DNA of 55,126 nt from Rhodoferax sp. (GCA_035572155.1 DATNBD010000007.1:1-55126), one strand, 5' to 3'; positions 34,938 through 44,751 are shown, counted from the stretch's first letter. A program made the numbers and translations. The notes: generated by a model from the sequence alone, not told the origin.

Positions 34938-34978
34938 GAGGACAGTGTAGCGAACAACTTGCCTTTGCAGAAATAGCC

Positions 34979-35007
34979 TTGACAATGATTGCTTAGTCAA
35001 TTATAAT
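34979..35007 (+). promoter_or_regulatory. Perfect sigma70 promoter with an overlapping MarR-type operator
   Basis: TTGACA (34979-84), 17-bp spacer, TATAAT (35002-07). Inverted repeat ATGATTG-N6-CAATTAT (34985-35004) covers the spacer and -10. Confidence 0.85.
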
Positions 35008-35014
35008 TTTTGAC

Positions 35015-35563
35015 ATGAATGCAAAGGATATGAGCAGCGCGGGCGACACCAAAGAGGTGCCACCGGTGATCGAGTTCTATCACGCGGACAATTACTTCAC
35101 GGAGACCAGCGTCGGTCATCTGATGAAGAAGACCGTGGCCTTTTTCGCGCATGCGGTCGAGCGCGAGATGGAGCCTCATGGGCTGACGAACGCGCAGTGG
35201 GTTCCGTTGGTCAAGCTGTTTGTGGGCGATGCCGACACCGCAGCCGGGTTGGCGCGCGAATGCGGGCTGGACGCCGGCGCCATGACGCGGCTGCTGGACC
35301 GGGTCGAGGCCAAGGGCCTGTGCAGCCGCCAGCGCTCGTCGCACGACCGCCGCGTGGTCAAGCTGCAACTGACCGATGAAGGGCGCGAGGCGGCGCTGAA
35401 GATTCCGGTGGTGCTGGCCCGCATCCAGAACGCCTGCCTGGCAGGTTTCACCCACGAGGAATGGGAAACGCTCAAAGGTTATATGCGCCGCATCCTGGAC
35501 AACGCCCAGGCTCTTTCGGCGACTGGAGAATCGAATGAAAAACAACAAGGCCCGCAGGACTGA
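35015..35563 (+). CDS. MarR family repressor (EmrR-like)
   Basis: LTNAQW, DAGAMTRLLDRVEAKGL and DRRVVKLQLTDEG motifs. Confidence 0.93.
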   Translation: MNAKDMSSAGDTKEVPPVIEFYHADNYFTETSVGHLMKKTVAFFAHAVEREMEPHGLTNAQWVPLVKLFVGDADTAAGLARECGLDAGAMTRLLDRVEAKGLCSRQRSSHDRRVVKLQLTDEGREAALKIPVVLARIQNACLAGFTHEEWETLKGYMRRILDNAQALSATGESNEKQQGPQD

Positions 35564-37037
35564 ATCCCTGCGCCCGCTCAAGCTGGGCGCTCTCGTACTA
35601 GCGCTGGGCCTCGGCGCTTGCGCCGACATGTCCGGAGTTGCGCCGGCACAATCGAAAATGCGCGATCCGGCCTCGCTCGGCCTGGCCGCCGACACCGCGC
35701 AGGCGCCCGCCGTGTCCGCCGATTGGTGGCGCGAGTTCGGCGATGCAGAGCTTGATCGGCTGATTGCACAGGCGCTGACCAGCAGCCCGAGCCTGGGGCT
35801 GGCCCAAGCCCGGCTGGCCCGCGCCCAAGCCATGGCCGGCATGGCCAAGGCTGCGACGCTGCCGCAAGTCGGCGGTGAACTCGAACTGAACCGGCAGAAG
35901 TTCCCGGGCAACTTCATCTACCCGCCGCCCTTGGGTGGCAGCGTCAACAACATCGGCACCGCGCAGTTGAACGCCAGTTGGGAACTCGATTTCTTCGGCA
36001 AGAATCGCGCCGCGCTGGACGCCGCGATCGGCTCGGCCAGGGCGGCCGAGGCCGACGCCCAAGCCGCGCGCGTGCTGCTGGCCACCCAGGTGGCACGCAG
36101 TTATTTCCAGTTGGCGCGCTTGAACGACCAGCTTACCGTGGCGCAGCGCACGCTGGCCCAGCGCCAGGAAACACTGGACATCGTGCGTGATCGTTTCAGC
36201 GCTGGGCTCGACACCAAGCTGGAGTTGCGCGAGAGCGAAGGCAGCCTGCCGGATGCGCGTCAGCAGATCGAGGCGCTGCGCGAGCAGATCGTGTTGACGC
36301 GGAATGCGCTGGGCGCGCTGGTTGGAGAGCCAAATGCGGCTCAAACCGTTGCCCTGCCATCGCTTGAAGTTATTAAAAAAGTAGCAATGAGCCAGACGAT
36401 ACCGGCCGACCTGTTGGGCCGCCGTGCCGACATTGCCGCCGCCCGCTGGCGCGTGGAAGCCTCCTTGCGCGACGTGGACAGTGCCAAGGCCCGGTTTTAT
36501 CCGAACATCAACCTGGCCGCGTTTGCTGGCTTCAACAGCCTTGGGTTCGGCAAGCTGTTCCAAAGTGGCAGCGAGCAGTGGAATGTCGGCCCCGCGCTGA
36601 CGCTGCCGATCTTCGAGGGAGGCCGCTTGCGCGCCAACCTGCGCGGTAAAACCGCCGATGAAGATGCCGCGGTGGAGAGTTACAACGCCGCGGTGATCAA
36701 CGCGGTGCGCGACGTGGCGGACGATGTCGCTTCATCAAAGTCCATCGTTGTGCAGCGAGGCGAGCAGCATGCCGCGCAGGCCGCCGCGGAAAGCGCTTAC
36801 CAGATTGCCCTGGAGCGCTACAAGGCAGGCTTGGGTAACTACCTGAACGTACTGACCGCCGAAACCAGTGTGCTCAAGCAGCGCCGCCTTGCGGTGGACC
36901 TGGACGCGCGCGCGCTGGACACCCAGGTGGCACTGATCGGCGCGCTGGGCGGCGGCTATCAGGCGCCCGCCCAGGCCCGCGCAAGCAGCGCCACGGCCGC
37001 GGGCGCCGTGGCATTCGCGGGTAACGAAAAAAAGTAA
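35535..37037 (+). CDS. Efflux outer-membrane lipoprotein (NodT/OMF)
   Basis: Lipobox LGAC; WWREFGD, SWELDFFG, LLGRRADI, LPIFEGG and ALGGG motifs. Confidence 0.94.
   Translation: MKNNKARRTESLRPLKLGALVLALGLGACADMSGVAPAQSKMRDPASLGLAADTAQAPAVSADWWREFGDAELDRLIAQALTSSPSLGLAQARLARAQAMAGMAKAATLPQVGGELELNRQKFPGNFIYPPPLGGSVNNIGTAQLNASWELDFFGKNRAALDAAIGSARAAEADAQAARVLLATQVARSYFQLARLNDQLTVAQRTLAQRQETLDIVRDRFSAGLDTKLELRESEGSLPDARQQIEALREQIVLTRNALGALVGEPNAAQTVALPSLEVIKKVAMSQTIPADLLGRRADIAAARWRVEASLRDVDSAKARFYPNINLAAFAGFNSLGFGKLFQSGSEQWNVGPALTLPIFEGGRLRANLRGKTADEDAAVESYNAAVINAVRDVADDVASSKSIVVQRGEQHAAQAAAESAYQIALERYKAGLGNYLNVLTAETSVLKQRRLAVDLDARALDTQVALIGALGGGYQAPAQARASSATAAGAVAFAGNEKK
36330..36386 (-). repeat. 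Dispersed ~55-bp bipartite motif, copy E (inside OMF gene)
   Basis: Minus strand: TGCTAC-TTTTTTA-ATAAC-TTCAAGCGATGGCAGGGCAA-CGGTT-TGAGCCGC-ATTTG. Confidence 0.65.
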
Positions 37038-37068
37038 TTCATCCCGATTTATCCGGAAACACCGCATC

Positions 37069-38331
37069 ATGAACGACGCAACTCAAACCCCTGACACCGA
37101 AACCATCGTTGATGGCAACCCGAAGCGCAAGAAGGCGCTGACGACGCTGGCGATCGTGGTCGTGCTGGCCGCCCTGGGCTGGGCCGGCTATGAATGGCTG
37201 GTTGCCAGCCACTACGAGGACACCGACAACGCCTATGTGGAAGGCAACGTGATTCAGGTCACGCCCCAGATCAGCGGCACGGTGATCGCCATCACGGCCG
37301 ACAACACCGACTTCGTGCGCGCCGGCCAACCCCTGGTCAAATTCGATCCGACCGACGCCAAGGTGGCACTGCAGCAGGCTGAAGCCAACCTGGCGCAAAT
37401 GGTGCGCCAGGTGCGCACGCTGTATGCCAACAACGGCACGCTGCAGGCGCAGATCAAGTTGCGCGAAGCCGATGTGGTGAAGGCCCAAAGCGACGTCAGC
37501 CGCGCCAAGGACGACCTGAACCGGCGCCAGCTGCTGGCGGGCAATGGGGCGGTTTCCAAGGAGGAGATCGAACATGCGCGCACCCAGTTGGCCGTTGCCC
37601 AGAGCGCCGTGGCCGCTGCCCAGGCGAGCGTCGTGGCGGCGCGCGAGCAACTGGCCAGCAATCAATCCATGACCGCGGGTACCACCATCGAGCAGCACCC
37701 GCTGGTTCAGGAAGCCGCGGCCAAGGTGCGCGAGGCTTACCTGGCCACGCAGCGTGCCACCATGCCGGCGCCGGTGGACGGCTACGTGGCGCGGCGTACG
37801 GTGCAGCTCGGCCAGCGCGTGGCCGCCGGCACCCCGCTGATGTCCATCGTGCCGCTCAGTCAGGTCTGGGTGGATGCCAACTTCAAGGAAGTGCAGTTGC
37901 GCAATATCCGCATTGGTCAGCCGGTCACGCTGACGGCGGATCTGTATGGCAGCAAGGTTGACTACAAGGGGCATGTGATGGGTCTGGGCGCTGGAACCGG
38001 TTCCGCCTTTGCGCTGCTGCCGGCGCAAAACGCCACCGGCAACTGGATCAAGGTCGTGCAGCGCGTGCCGGTGCGCATTGCGCTGGACCCGCAGCAACTC
38101 AAGGCGCATCCGCTGCGCGTGGGTCTGTCCATGGAAGCGACCGTGGATGTCACGCACAAGGATGGAAAGACCCTGGCGGATGTGCCCGCCACGACCGCGC
38201 CCGCGCAGACCCAAGTCTATTCGGCGCTGGACGAAGGCGCCAATGCCGATGTGCGCCGCGTGATTGCCGAGAACATCGGCAACAGCAAGGACGCGGGCAT
38301 GGGCGCGGGGACCGCGATGGCGATGAAGTGA
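37069..38331 (+). CDS. emrA: EmrA-type membrane fusion protein
   Basis: TDNAYV, APVDGYV, WVDANFKE and LLPAQNATGNWIKVVQRVPV motifs. Confidence 0.93.
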   Translation: MNDATQTPDTETIVDGNPKRKKALTTLAIVVVLAALGWAGYEWLVASHYEDTDNAYVEGNVIQVTPQISGTVIAITADNTDFVRAGQPLVKFDPTDAKVALQQAEANLAQMVRQVRTLYANNGTLQAQIKLREADVVKAQSDVSRAKDDLNRRQLLAGNGAVSKEEIEHARTQLAVAQSAVAAAQASVVAAREQLASNQSMTAGTTIEQHPLVQEAAAKVREAYLATQRATMPAPVDGYVARRTVQLGQRVAAGTPLMSIVPLSQVWVDANFKEVQLRNIRIGQPVTLTADLYGSKVDYKGHVMGLGAGTGSAFALLPAQNATGNWIKVVQRVPVRIALDPQQLKAHPLRVGLSMEATVDVTHKDGKTLADVPATTAPAQTQVYSALDEGANADVRRVIAENIGNSKDAGMGAGTAMAMK

Positions 38332-38354
38332 ACGGGTAGATTGCCCAGTCGCAG

Positions 38355-38378
38355 CGGTGCGGGAGGCGTCCCGCACCG
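38355..38378. other. Perfect 10-bp intercistronic hairpin between emrA and emrB
   Basis: CGGTGCGGGA-GGCG-TCCCGCACCG, with no U-tract. Confidence 0.6.
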
Positions 38379-38431
38379 GCCCCGGCGCGGCATATTTTCC
38401 CACGCGTGTTTCCATTCAAGGCACTTTCGTC

Positions 38432-39991
38432 ATGGCCACAACTCCAACTTTTGTCGAGCAGCCGCCGCTGGAAGGCTCGCTGCGCATGTGGGGCACGCTC
38501 GTCGTCTCGGCCGCCACGTTCATGAACGTGCTCGATTCATCGATCGCCAATGTCTCACTGCCCGCGATCGCGGGCGACCTCGGCGTGAGCGCGAACCAGG
38601 GCACCTGGGTGATCACGAGTTTCGCGGTCGCCAACGCCGTCTCCGTCCCGTTGACGGGCTGGCTGTCCCAGCGCTTCGGGCAGGTGCGGCTTTTCATCGG
38701 CAGCGTCCTGCTGTTCGTGCTGAGCTCGTGGATGTGCGGGCTGGCACCCAACATGACGACCTTGATCGGCTTTCGCGCGTTGCAGGGCTTCGTCGCGGGG
38801 CCGATGATTCCGTTGTCGCAGACGCTGCTGCTCGCCAGCTATCCGAAGGCCCTGGCCGGGCTGGCGATGGCCATGTGGTCCATGACGGTGCTGATCGCGC
38901 CCGTGGTGGGGCCGTTGCTGGGCGGCTGGATCACCGACAACATCACCTGGCCCTGGATCTTCTTCATCAACATTCCGGTCGGCCTTCTGGCGGCGGCCGG
39001 CATCTGGGGCATCTTCCGCAAGCGCGAGAACCAGACCCACAAACTGCCGATCGACGTCGTCGGGCTCAGTGCGCTGGTGGTCTGGGTCGGCTCCCTGCAG
39101 ATCATGCTCGACAAGGGCAAGGAACTGGACTGGTTTCATTCGAACACCATCATCGCGTTGGCCGTGACGGCCGTGCTCGGCTTTGTCTTTTTCCTGATCT
39201 GGGAGCTCACCGAGGAGCACCCGGTCGTGGATCTTTCGCTGTTCAAGGTCCGCAATTTCTGGGCGGGAACGGTGTCGATTTCCATTGCCTACGGCGTATT
39301 TTTCGGCACCGTGGTGCTGTTGCCGCTGTGGCTGCAGGAGTTCATGGGCTACACCGCGACCGATGCCGGCATGGTGCTCGCACCGGTGGGGATATTCGCG
39401 ATGATCCTGTCTCCCTTCGTCGGCAAGGGCCTGGGCCGGTTCGATGCGCGGCCTTTCGCGACCTTTTCGTTCCTGGTCTTCGCGCTGGTCATGTGGATGC
39501 GCTCGCTCTTCAACACCCAGGCGGACTTCGACACCATCATGATTCCGACCATCATCCAGGGCGTAGCGATGGCGTTCTTCTTCATTCCGCTCACGACCGT
39601 GACCCTGTCGGGGCTGCCGCAGCAGCGCATTCCCGCGGCGTCGGGGTTGACCAATTTTGTCCGCATCATGGCGGGCGGCTTCGGCACCTCGATCATGACG
39701 ACGCTGTGGGAAAACCGCGCTACGCTGCACCATGCCAATCTGGCCGAGACTGTGCACAATGGGAGCCAGGCCGCCCACGGCACGCTCGCGGGCCTGGAGG
39801 CGGCCGGCATGAGCCCGCAGCAAGCCCTCGCAATGATCAACCGGCTCGCGGACCAGCAGGCGTACATGCTGTCGTTCAACGACCTGTTCTACATCTCCGC
39901 CGTGATTTTCGTGCTGCTCATTCCACTGGTCTGGCTGACACGCCCGCATCACGGCGCTGGCGGTGCCCGCGTGGCGGCCGGCGCGCACTGA
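38432..39991 (+). CDS. emrB: DHA2 MFS efflux permease
   Basis: FMNVLDSSIANVSLP, WVITSF, GPMIPLSQ, GPLLGGWITD, WPWIFFINIP and LDKGKELDWF motifs. Confidence 0.94.
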   Translation: MATTPTFVEQPPLEGSLRMWGTLVVSAATFMNVLDSSIANVSLPAIAGDLGVSANQGTWVITSFAVANAVSVPLTGWLSQRFGQVRLFIGSVLLFVLSSWMCGLAPNMTTLIGFRALQGFVAGPMIPLSQTLLLASYPKALAGLAMAMWSMTVLIAPVVGPLLGGWITDNITWPWIFFINIPVGLLAAAGIWGIFRKRENQTHKLPIDVVGLSALVVWVGSLQIMLDKGKELDWFHSNTIIALAVTAVLGFVFFLIWELTEEHPVVDLSLFKVRNFWAGTVSISIAYGVFFGTVVLLPLWLQEFMGYTATDAGMVLAPVGIFAMILSPFVGKGLGRFDARPFATFSFLVFALVMWMRSLFNTQADFDTIMIPTIIQGVAMAFFFIPLTTVTLSGLPQQRIPAASGLTNFVRIMAGGFGTSIMTTLWENRATLHHANLAETVHNGSQAAHGTLAGLEAAGMSPQQALAMINRLADQQAYMLSFNDLFYISAVIFVLLIPLVWLTRPHHGAGGARVAAGAH

Positions 39992-39996
39992 CGGAT

Positions 39997-40977
39997 CTAC
40001 TGCGCCGGCGGAGCATCTGTCCCGAGGCGGCGCCGGCGCTCGAAGTAGGCCAGCACTTCGCCCACGATGCCGCGCCGGAATGCCAGCACGCACAGCACGA
40101 AGATCACGCCGATGATCACGGTCACCCAGGCGCCCACCTTGTCGGCCAGTTGATTTTGCAGTGCCACCACGATGCCCGAGCCCAGCACCGGGCCGAAGAA
40201 GGTGCCGACGCCGCCGACCAGTGTCATGAGGATCACTTCGCCCGAGGTAGCCCAGTGCGCACCCTCCAGCGAGGCAAAGCCCATCACCAGCGTCTTGAGC
40301 GATCCGGCCAGACCGGACAGCGCGGCCGACAGCACGAACGCAAGCAGTTTGTAGCGGTCCACCTGATAGCCGAGCGAGATGGCCCGTGGCTCGTTCTCGC
40401 GGATCATTTTGAGCACCTGGCCATAGGGCGAATGAACGATTCGCGAGATAAGCAGAAATGACAGCACAAACACCACGGCCACGAAGTAATACATCACTGT
40501 GTCCGGGCGCAGCGGCAGCAAGCCGAACAGTGTGCCGCGTTGCACACCCTGCAAACCGTCTTCGCCACCCGTGAACGGCGCCTGCAGGCAGACGAAATAC
40601 ACCATCTGGGCCAGCGCCAGCGTGATCATGGCAAAGTAGATGCCTTGGCGCCGGATGGCCAGCAGCCCCATCAACAGGCCCAGCAGTGCCGCGACCGCAA
40701 CGCCCGCAAGAATGGCCAGCTCGGGCGGCCAATGTTCGGCCACCACGAACCAGCCGCAGATGTAGGCGGCGCCACCAAAAAAAGCCGCGTGGCCAAACGA
40801 GAGCAGGCCGGTAAAGCCGAGCAGCAGGTTGAAGGCGCAGGCAAACAGGGCGAAGCACAGCAACTGCATCAGGAACACAGGGTACAGGCCCAGCAGCGGC
40901 GCCACGAGGAGCAATACGAGCGCACCCAGGTAGCCGATGCGCGTCAGTTTGGCGCGGGTGATAGAAGTCGGGGTCAT
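39997..40977 (-). CDS. Branched-chain amino acid-type ABC permease (LivM-like)
   Basis: FNLLLGFTGLLSFGHAAFFG, YFAMITLA, TGGEDG and IRENE motifs. Confidence 0.93.
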   Translation of the reverse strand: MTPTSITRAKLTRIGYLGALVLLLVAPLLGLYPVFLMQLLCFALFACAFNLLLGFTGLLSFGHAAFFGGAAYICGWFVVAEHWPPELAILAGVAVAALLGLLMGLLAIRRQGIYFAMITLALAQMVYFVCLQAPFTGGEDGLQGVQRGTLFGLLPLRPDTVMYYFVAVVFVLSFLLISRIVHSPYGQVLKMIRENEPRAISLGYQVDRYKLLAFVLSAALSGLAGSLKTLVMGFASLEGAHWATSGEVILMTLVGGVGTFFGPVLGSGIVVALQNQLADKVGAWVTVIIGVIFVLCVLAFRRGIVGEVLAYFERRRRLGTDAPPAQ

Positions 40978-40980
40978 GAC

Positions 40981-41865
40981 TCAGGCCTCCTTGCCAAACA
41001 GGCCGGCCGGCCGCACCAGCAGCACAATCACCATGACGACGAAGATGACGACGTTGGAACCTTGTGGATAGAACACCCGGGTAAAGCCCTCCACCACGCC
41101 CAACAGCAGACCGCTCACGGCGGAACCCAGGATGGAGCCCATGCCGCCAATCACCACCACGGCAAACAACACGATGATCAGATTCGAGCCCATCAGCGGG
41201 GTCACCTGGATGATGGGCGCTGCCAGCACGCCGGCCAGCCCGGCCAGCGCGGCGCCGCCGCCAAAAGTCAACATCACCATCATCGGTACATTCACGCCGA
41301 ACGCCTGCACCAGCGGCGCGTTTTCCGTGCCCGCGCGCAGATAAGCGCCGAGCCGGGTGCGTTCAATGAGGAACCAGGTGCTCAGGCAAACGACCAGCGA
41401 CGCGAGCACCACCCAGGCGCGATAGTTGGGCAGCACCATGAAACCGAGGTTGGTGGCGCCGGCCAGGGCATCGGGGACTGGATAAGACTCGCCGGACACG
41501 CCGTACTGGCGCCGGAAAAGTCCTTCCATGATCTGCGCCAGCCCGAAGGTCATCAGCAGGCCGTACAACGGATCGAGCTTGTACAGGTGCCGCAGGAAAA
41601 GTCGCTCGATCACGACGCCAAGAATTCCGACCACCAGCGGCGCGAGCACCAGTGCAAACCAGTAATTGATGCCGAACGAGGTGAGCATGATCCAGCCCGC
41701 GAAGGCGCCCACCATGTAGAGCGCACCCTGCGCGAAGTTGATGATGCCCAGCATGCCGAAGATGACTGCCAGCCCCAGACTGAGCATGGCGTAGAACGCG
41801 CCATTGACCAAGCCCAGCAGCAATTGGCCGAGGAAGGCTTGCAGCGGGATGCCAAAAATATCCAT
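40981..41865 (-). CDS. Branched-chain amino acid-type ABC permease (LivH-like)
   Basis: GLVNGAFYAMLSLGL, INFAQG, VIGGMGS and RPAGLFG motifs. Confidence 0.93.
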   Translation of the reverse strand: MDIFGIPLQAFLGQLLLGLVNGAFYAMLSLGLAVIFGMLGIINFAQGALYMVGAFAGWIMLTSFGINYWFALVLAPLVVGILGVVIERLFLRHLYKLDPLYGLLMTFGLAQIMEGLFRRQYGVSGESYPVPDALAGATNLGFMVLPNYRAWVVLASLVVCLSTWFLIERTRLGAYLRAGTENAPLVQAFGVNVPMMVMLTFGGGAALAGLAGVLAAPIIQVTPLMGSNLIIVLFAVVVIGGMGSILGSAVSGLLLGVVEGFTRVFYPQGSNVVIFVVMVIVLLVRPAGLFGKEA

Positions 41866-41889
41866 GAATATCCGTTAGATGAGCGTGAG

Positions 41890-41936
41890 CCCGGCCACGC
41901 GCAGGCCATCCAATCGATGACCCGTACGTGGCCGGG
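41890..41936 (-). other. Stem-loop downstream of the substrate-binding protein gene (probable mRNA stabiliser)
   Basis: CCCGGCCACG (41890-99) pairs with CGTGGCCGGG (41927-36). Confidence 0.5.
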
Positions 41937-41950
41937 TGTTGGCTTGCGTT

Positions 41951-43153
41951 TTACTTCTTCATCAACGGGCAGGTGGAGTCCGCTGCGGATGTGTACGCCT
42001 GGTCGCCCGGAATGGTGGCGACCAGCTTGTAGTAGTCCCAGGGTTTGGTGGATTCCTGCGGGGTCTTGACCTGGTACAGATGCATGTCGTTGATCAACAG
42101 ACCATCCGCGCGGATATACCCCTTGGCGAACATGTCGTTGATCTTCATTTTCTTGAGCTCGGCCATCACCTTGGTACCGTCGAGGGTGCCGGCCTTCTTG
42201 GCGGCTTCCAGCCAGGTCATCGTCGCGGAATAGTCACCGGCCTGGATGAAGCTGGGCATGCGGTGGTACTTGTCAAAGAAACGATCGGCGAACTTGCGCG
42301 ACGCCGCGTTCTGATCCCAGTACCAGGGGGCGGCCAGTTGCAGCCCCTCGGTCGCTTTCAAGCCCAAGGCGTTCACGTCGTTGATGAATACCAGCAAGCC
42401 CGCAACCTTCATGGTCTTGGTGATGCCGAACTCCTGCGCTGCCTTCATGGCGTTGTCGAAGTCGCCGCCGGCGTTCGCCATGGCCAGGATCTGCGCCTTG
42501 GAAGACTGCGCCTGCAACAGGAAGGACGAAAAATCGGACGTGCCCAGTGGCGCCAGCGACGAGCCCACCACCGTGCCGCCCGCGGCATCGACCACCTTGG
42601 TTGCATCGGACTGAAGCGACTTGCCAAAGGCGTAGTCAGCCGTCAGGAAGTACCATTTCTTGTAACCCTGCTTGATCAGTGCTTTAGCCGCCACCTTGGC
42701 CAGCGCCACCGTGTCATAGCCGTAATGGACGGTGTAGGCATTGCAGTCCTGGTTGGTCAGGCGCGCCGAACCGGGGCCGACGCCCAACATGGGAACTTCT
42801 TCCTGCGCAGCCACCTTGGACATGGCCAGGTTCACGCCCGAATTCGTGCCACCGATCAACATCGCCAGATGGTCCTCTGCCATCCATTTGCGCGCGACGG
42901 AACTGCCGATATCCGGCTTGTTCTGGTGATCCGCGGACAGCACTTCGATCGGGCGGCCCATCAGCTTGCCGCCGAAATCATGCACGGCCCATTTCACCAT
43001 CTCGACCCCCGCCGGGCCGTCGATGTCGGCATAGACGCCGGACAGGTCGGTGACGATGCCGATGTTGATCGGCCCGCTGCCGGTGTCTTTCGCTTGCGCG
43101 CCAATACAGCCGAGCCCAATGACGAGAGCGGCGACGAGAGGTTTAAGTTTCAT
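41951..43153 (-). CDS. ABC substrate-binding protein (LivJ/K-like)
   Basis: Signal peptide; DLSGVYAD, ADHQNKPD, TADYAFG, DFSSFLLQ and PWDYY motifs. Confidence 0.93.
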   Translation of the reverse strand: MKLKPLVAALVIGLGCIGAQAKDTGSGPINIGIVTDLSGVYADIDGPAGVEMVKWAVHDFGGKLMGRPIEVLSADHQNKPDIGSSVARKWMAEDHLAMLIGGTNSGVNLAMSKVAAQEEVPMLGVGPGSARLTNQDCNAYTVHYGYDTVALAKVAAKALIKQGYKKWYFLTADYAFGKSLQSDATKVVDAAGGTVVGSSLAPLGTSDFSSFLLQAQSSKAQILAMANAGGDFDNAMKAAQEFGITKTMKVAGLLVFINDVNALGLKATEGLQLAAPWYWDQNAASRKFADRFFDKYHRMPSFIQAGDYSATMTWLEAAKKAGTLDGTKVMAELKKMKINDMFAKGYIRADGLLINDMHLYQVKTPQESTKPWDYYKLVATIPGDQAYTSAADSTCPLMKK

Positions 43154-43208
43154 AGTTGACTCCTGGTTGACGTGAAAAAAAACGATGCTCGGAAGGGCTG
43201 GATGCTGG

Positions 43209-43913
43209 CTAGACCCCGAGATATTCCTGCAGCATGCCCATGTTCTGTTCGAGTTCGGATTGCCGGAACTGGCGCACGATGCGGCCGTGCTCCATCACAT
43301 AAAAGCGGTCCGCCAGCGGCGCCGCGAAGCGGAAGTTCTGCTCCACCAGCACGATGGTGTAGCCCCGGGCCTTGAGCGTCAAAATCATCTCGGCGAGCTT
43401 TTGCACGATCACCGGTGCCAGGCCTTCCGAGATTTCATCGAGCAGAAGCAATTGCGCTCCGGTTCGCAAGATGCGCGCCACCGCGAGCATCTGCTGCTCA
43501 CCGCCCGACAAACGGGTGCCCGGGCTGCCCGCGCGCTCCTTCAGATTCGGAAACATTGCGTAGATTTCTTCCACGCTCATGCCGTTTTGGGCGACCACGG
43601 GCGGCAACATCAGGTTTTCTTCGGCAGAGAGGCTCGCGAAGATGCCGCGCTCTTCCGGGCAGTAGCCAACGCCGAGCCGCGCGATGTGGTGCGGCGCCAG
43701 CTTGATGGTTTCCTGGCCGGCTACCTGGATGGAGCCGGTTCGCGATCCCGTCAGGCCGACGATGGCACGCATGGTCGTGGTGCGCCCCGCGCCGTTGCGC
43801 CCGAGCAGTGTTACGACTTCGCCCCGGCTCACGCTGAGGTCGACCCCGTGCAGGATGTGCGATTCGCCGTACCAGGCGTTCAGGCCCGCAATGCGCAGCA
43901 GTTCGGTGGTCAT
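43209..43913 (-). CDS. ABC ATP-binding protein (LivF-like)
   Basis: GRNGAGRTT, LSGGEQQM, LLLDE and VEQN motifs; start placed at MTTELL (alternative 43982). Confidence 0.92.
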   Translation of the reverse strand: MTTELLRIAGLNAWYGESHILHGVDLSVSRGEVVTLLGRNGAGRTTTMRAIVGLTGSRTGSIQVAGQETIKLAPHHIARLGVGYCPEERGIFASLSAEENLMLPPVVAQNGMSVEEIYAMFPNLKERAGSPGTRLSGGEQQMLAVARILRTGAQLLLLDEISEGLAPVIVQKLAEMILTLKARGYTIVLVEQNFRFAAPLADRFYVMEHGRIVRQFRQSELEQNMGMLQEYLGV

Positions 43914-43978
43914 TGGAGTACCTTCGTGCTGCGCACCGCGGTACGAGCTTGCTTGGGGCGGCACAGCGCGGCGCTCAT
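43910..43978 (-). mobile_element. Small element bounded by ATGA/ATGA; forms a 22-codon bridging ORF between livG and livF
   Basis: ATGAGCGCCGCGCTGTGCCGCCCCAAG...GCACGAAGGTACTCCAATGA. The first ATGA overlaps the livG stop and the last overlaps the livF start. Encodes MSAALCRPKQARTAVRSTKVLQ. Confidence 0.6.
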
Positions 43979-44751
43979 GCATGCGCCCCTTGCAAGGCCG
44001 CGTGGGTGGTTCCCATGTACGCCTCGATCACCTGGGGATTTTTCGATACCTCGGCATAGGGGCCGTCCGCGATGATGGCCCCGCGCTGCAATACGGTGAT
44101 GCGGTTCGCAATCGACGACACCACGTTCATGTTGTGCTCGACCATCAGGATGGTGCGGCCCGCGGACACTTTCTTGATCAGCTGCGTCACCCGGTCCACG
44201 TCCTCGTGGCCCATGCCCTGCGTCGGCTCGTCCAGCAGCATGAGTTCGGGTTCCAGCGCCAGCGTGGTGGCCAGTTCCAGCGCGCGCTTGCGTCCATAGG
44301 GGAGCTCCACCGTCATGGTGTCGGCGAAGCTCTCGAGGTCGACCTCGGCCAGCAGCTGGCGCGCGCGCTCATGCAGCGGGAAAAGGGTTTTCTCTGCCCT
44401 CCAGAAATGGAATGAGGTGCCCAGGCTGCGCTGCAGAGCAGCACGCACATTCTCCAGCACCGTCATGTGGGGAAACACCGCTGAGATCTGGAACGAGCGC
44501 ACGATGCCACGACGCGCCGTTTGCGCGGGCTGCTCGGCGGTGATGTCGATGTCGTTGAAGACGATGCGGCCCGCAGTGGGATGCAGAAACTTGGTCAGCA
44601 GGTTGAAGAAAGTGGTCTTGCCCGCGCCGTTCGGGCCGATCAGCGCGTGGATATGGCCACGCTGCACCTTGAGATCAACATCGCTGACCGCAACAAACCC
44701 CTTGAATTCCTTGGTCAACCGCTGCGTCTCAAGAATGAACTCTGCTGACAA
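43975..44751 (-). CDS. ABC ATP-binding protein (LivG-like)
   Basis: TTG start after AGGAG; GPNGAGKTT, RSFQ, LPYGRKR, LLDEP and VEHN motifs. Confidence 0.93.
   Translation of the reverse strand: MSAEFILETQRLTKEFKGFVAVSDVDLKVQRGHIHALIGPNGAGKTTFFNLLTKFLHPTAGRIVFNDIDITAEQPAQTARRGIVRSFQISAVFPHMTVLENVRAALQRSLGTSFHFWRAEKTLFPLHERARQLLAEVDLESFADTMTVELPYGRKRALELATTLALEPELMLLDEPTQGMGHEDVDRVTQLIKKVSAGRTILMVEHNMNVVSSIANRITVLQRGAIIADGPYAEVSKNPQVIEAYMGTTHAALQGAHA

Noticed and set aside
34961-34977. GCCTT-N7-ATAGC partial palindrome
   Set aside because: No GGGCT-like arm at +20 on either side; it lies in the marR promoter region.
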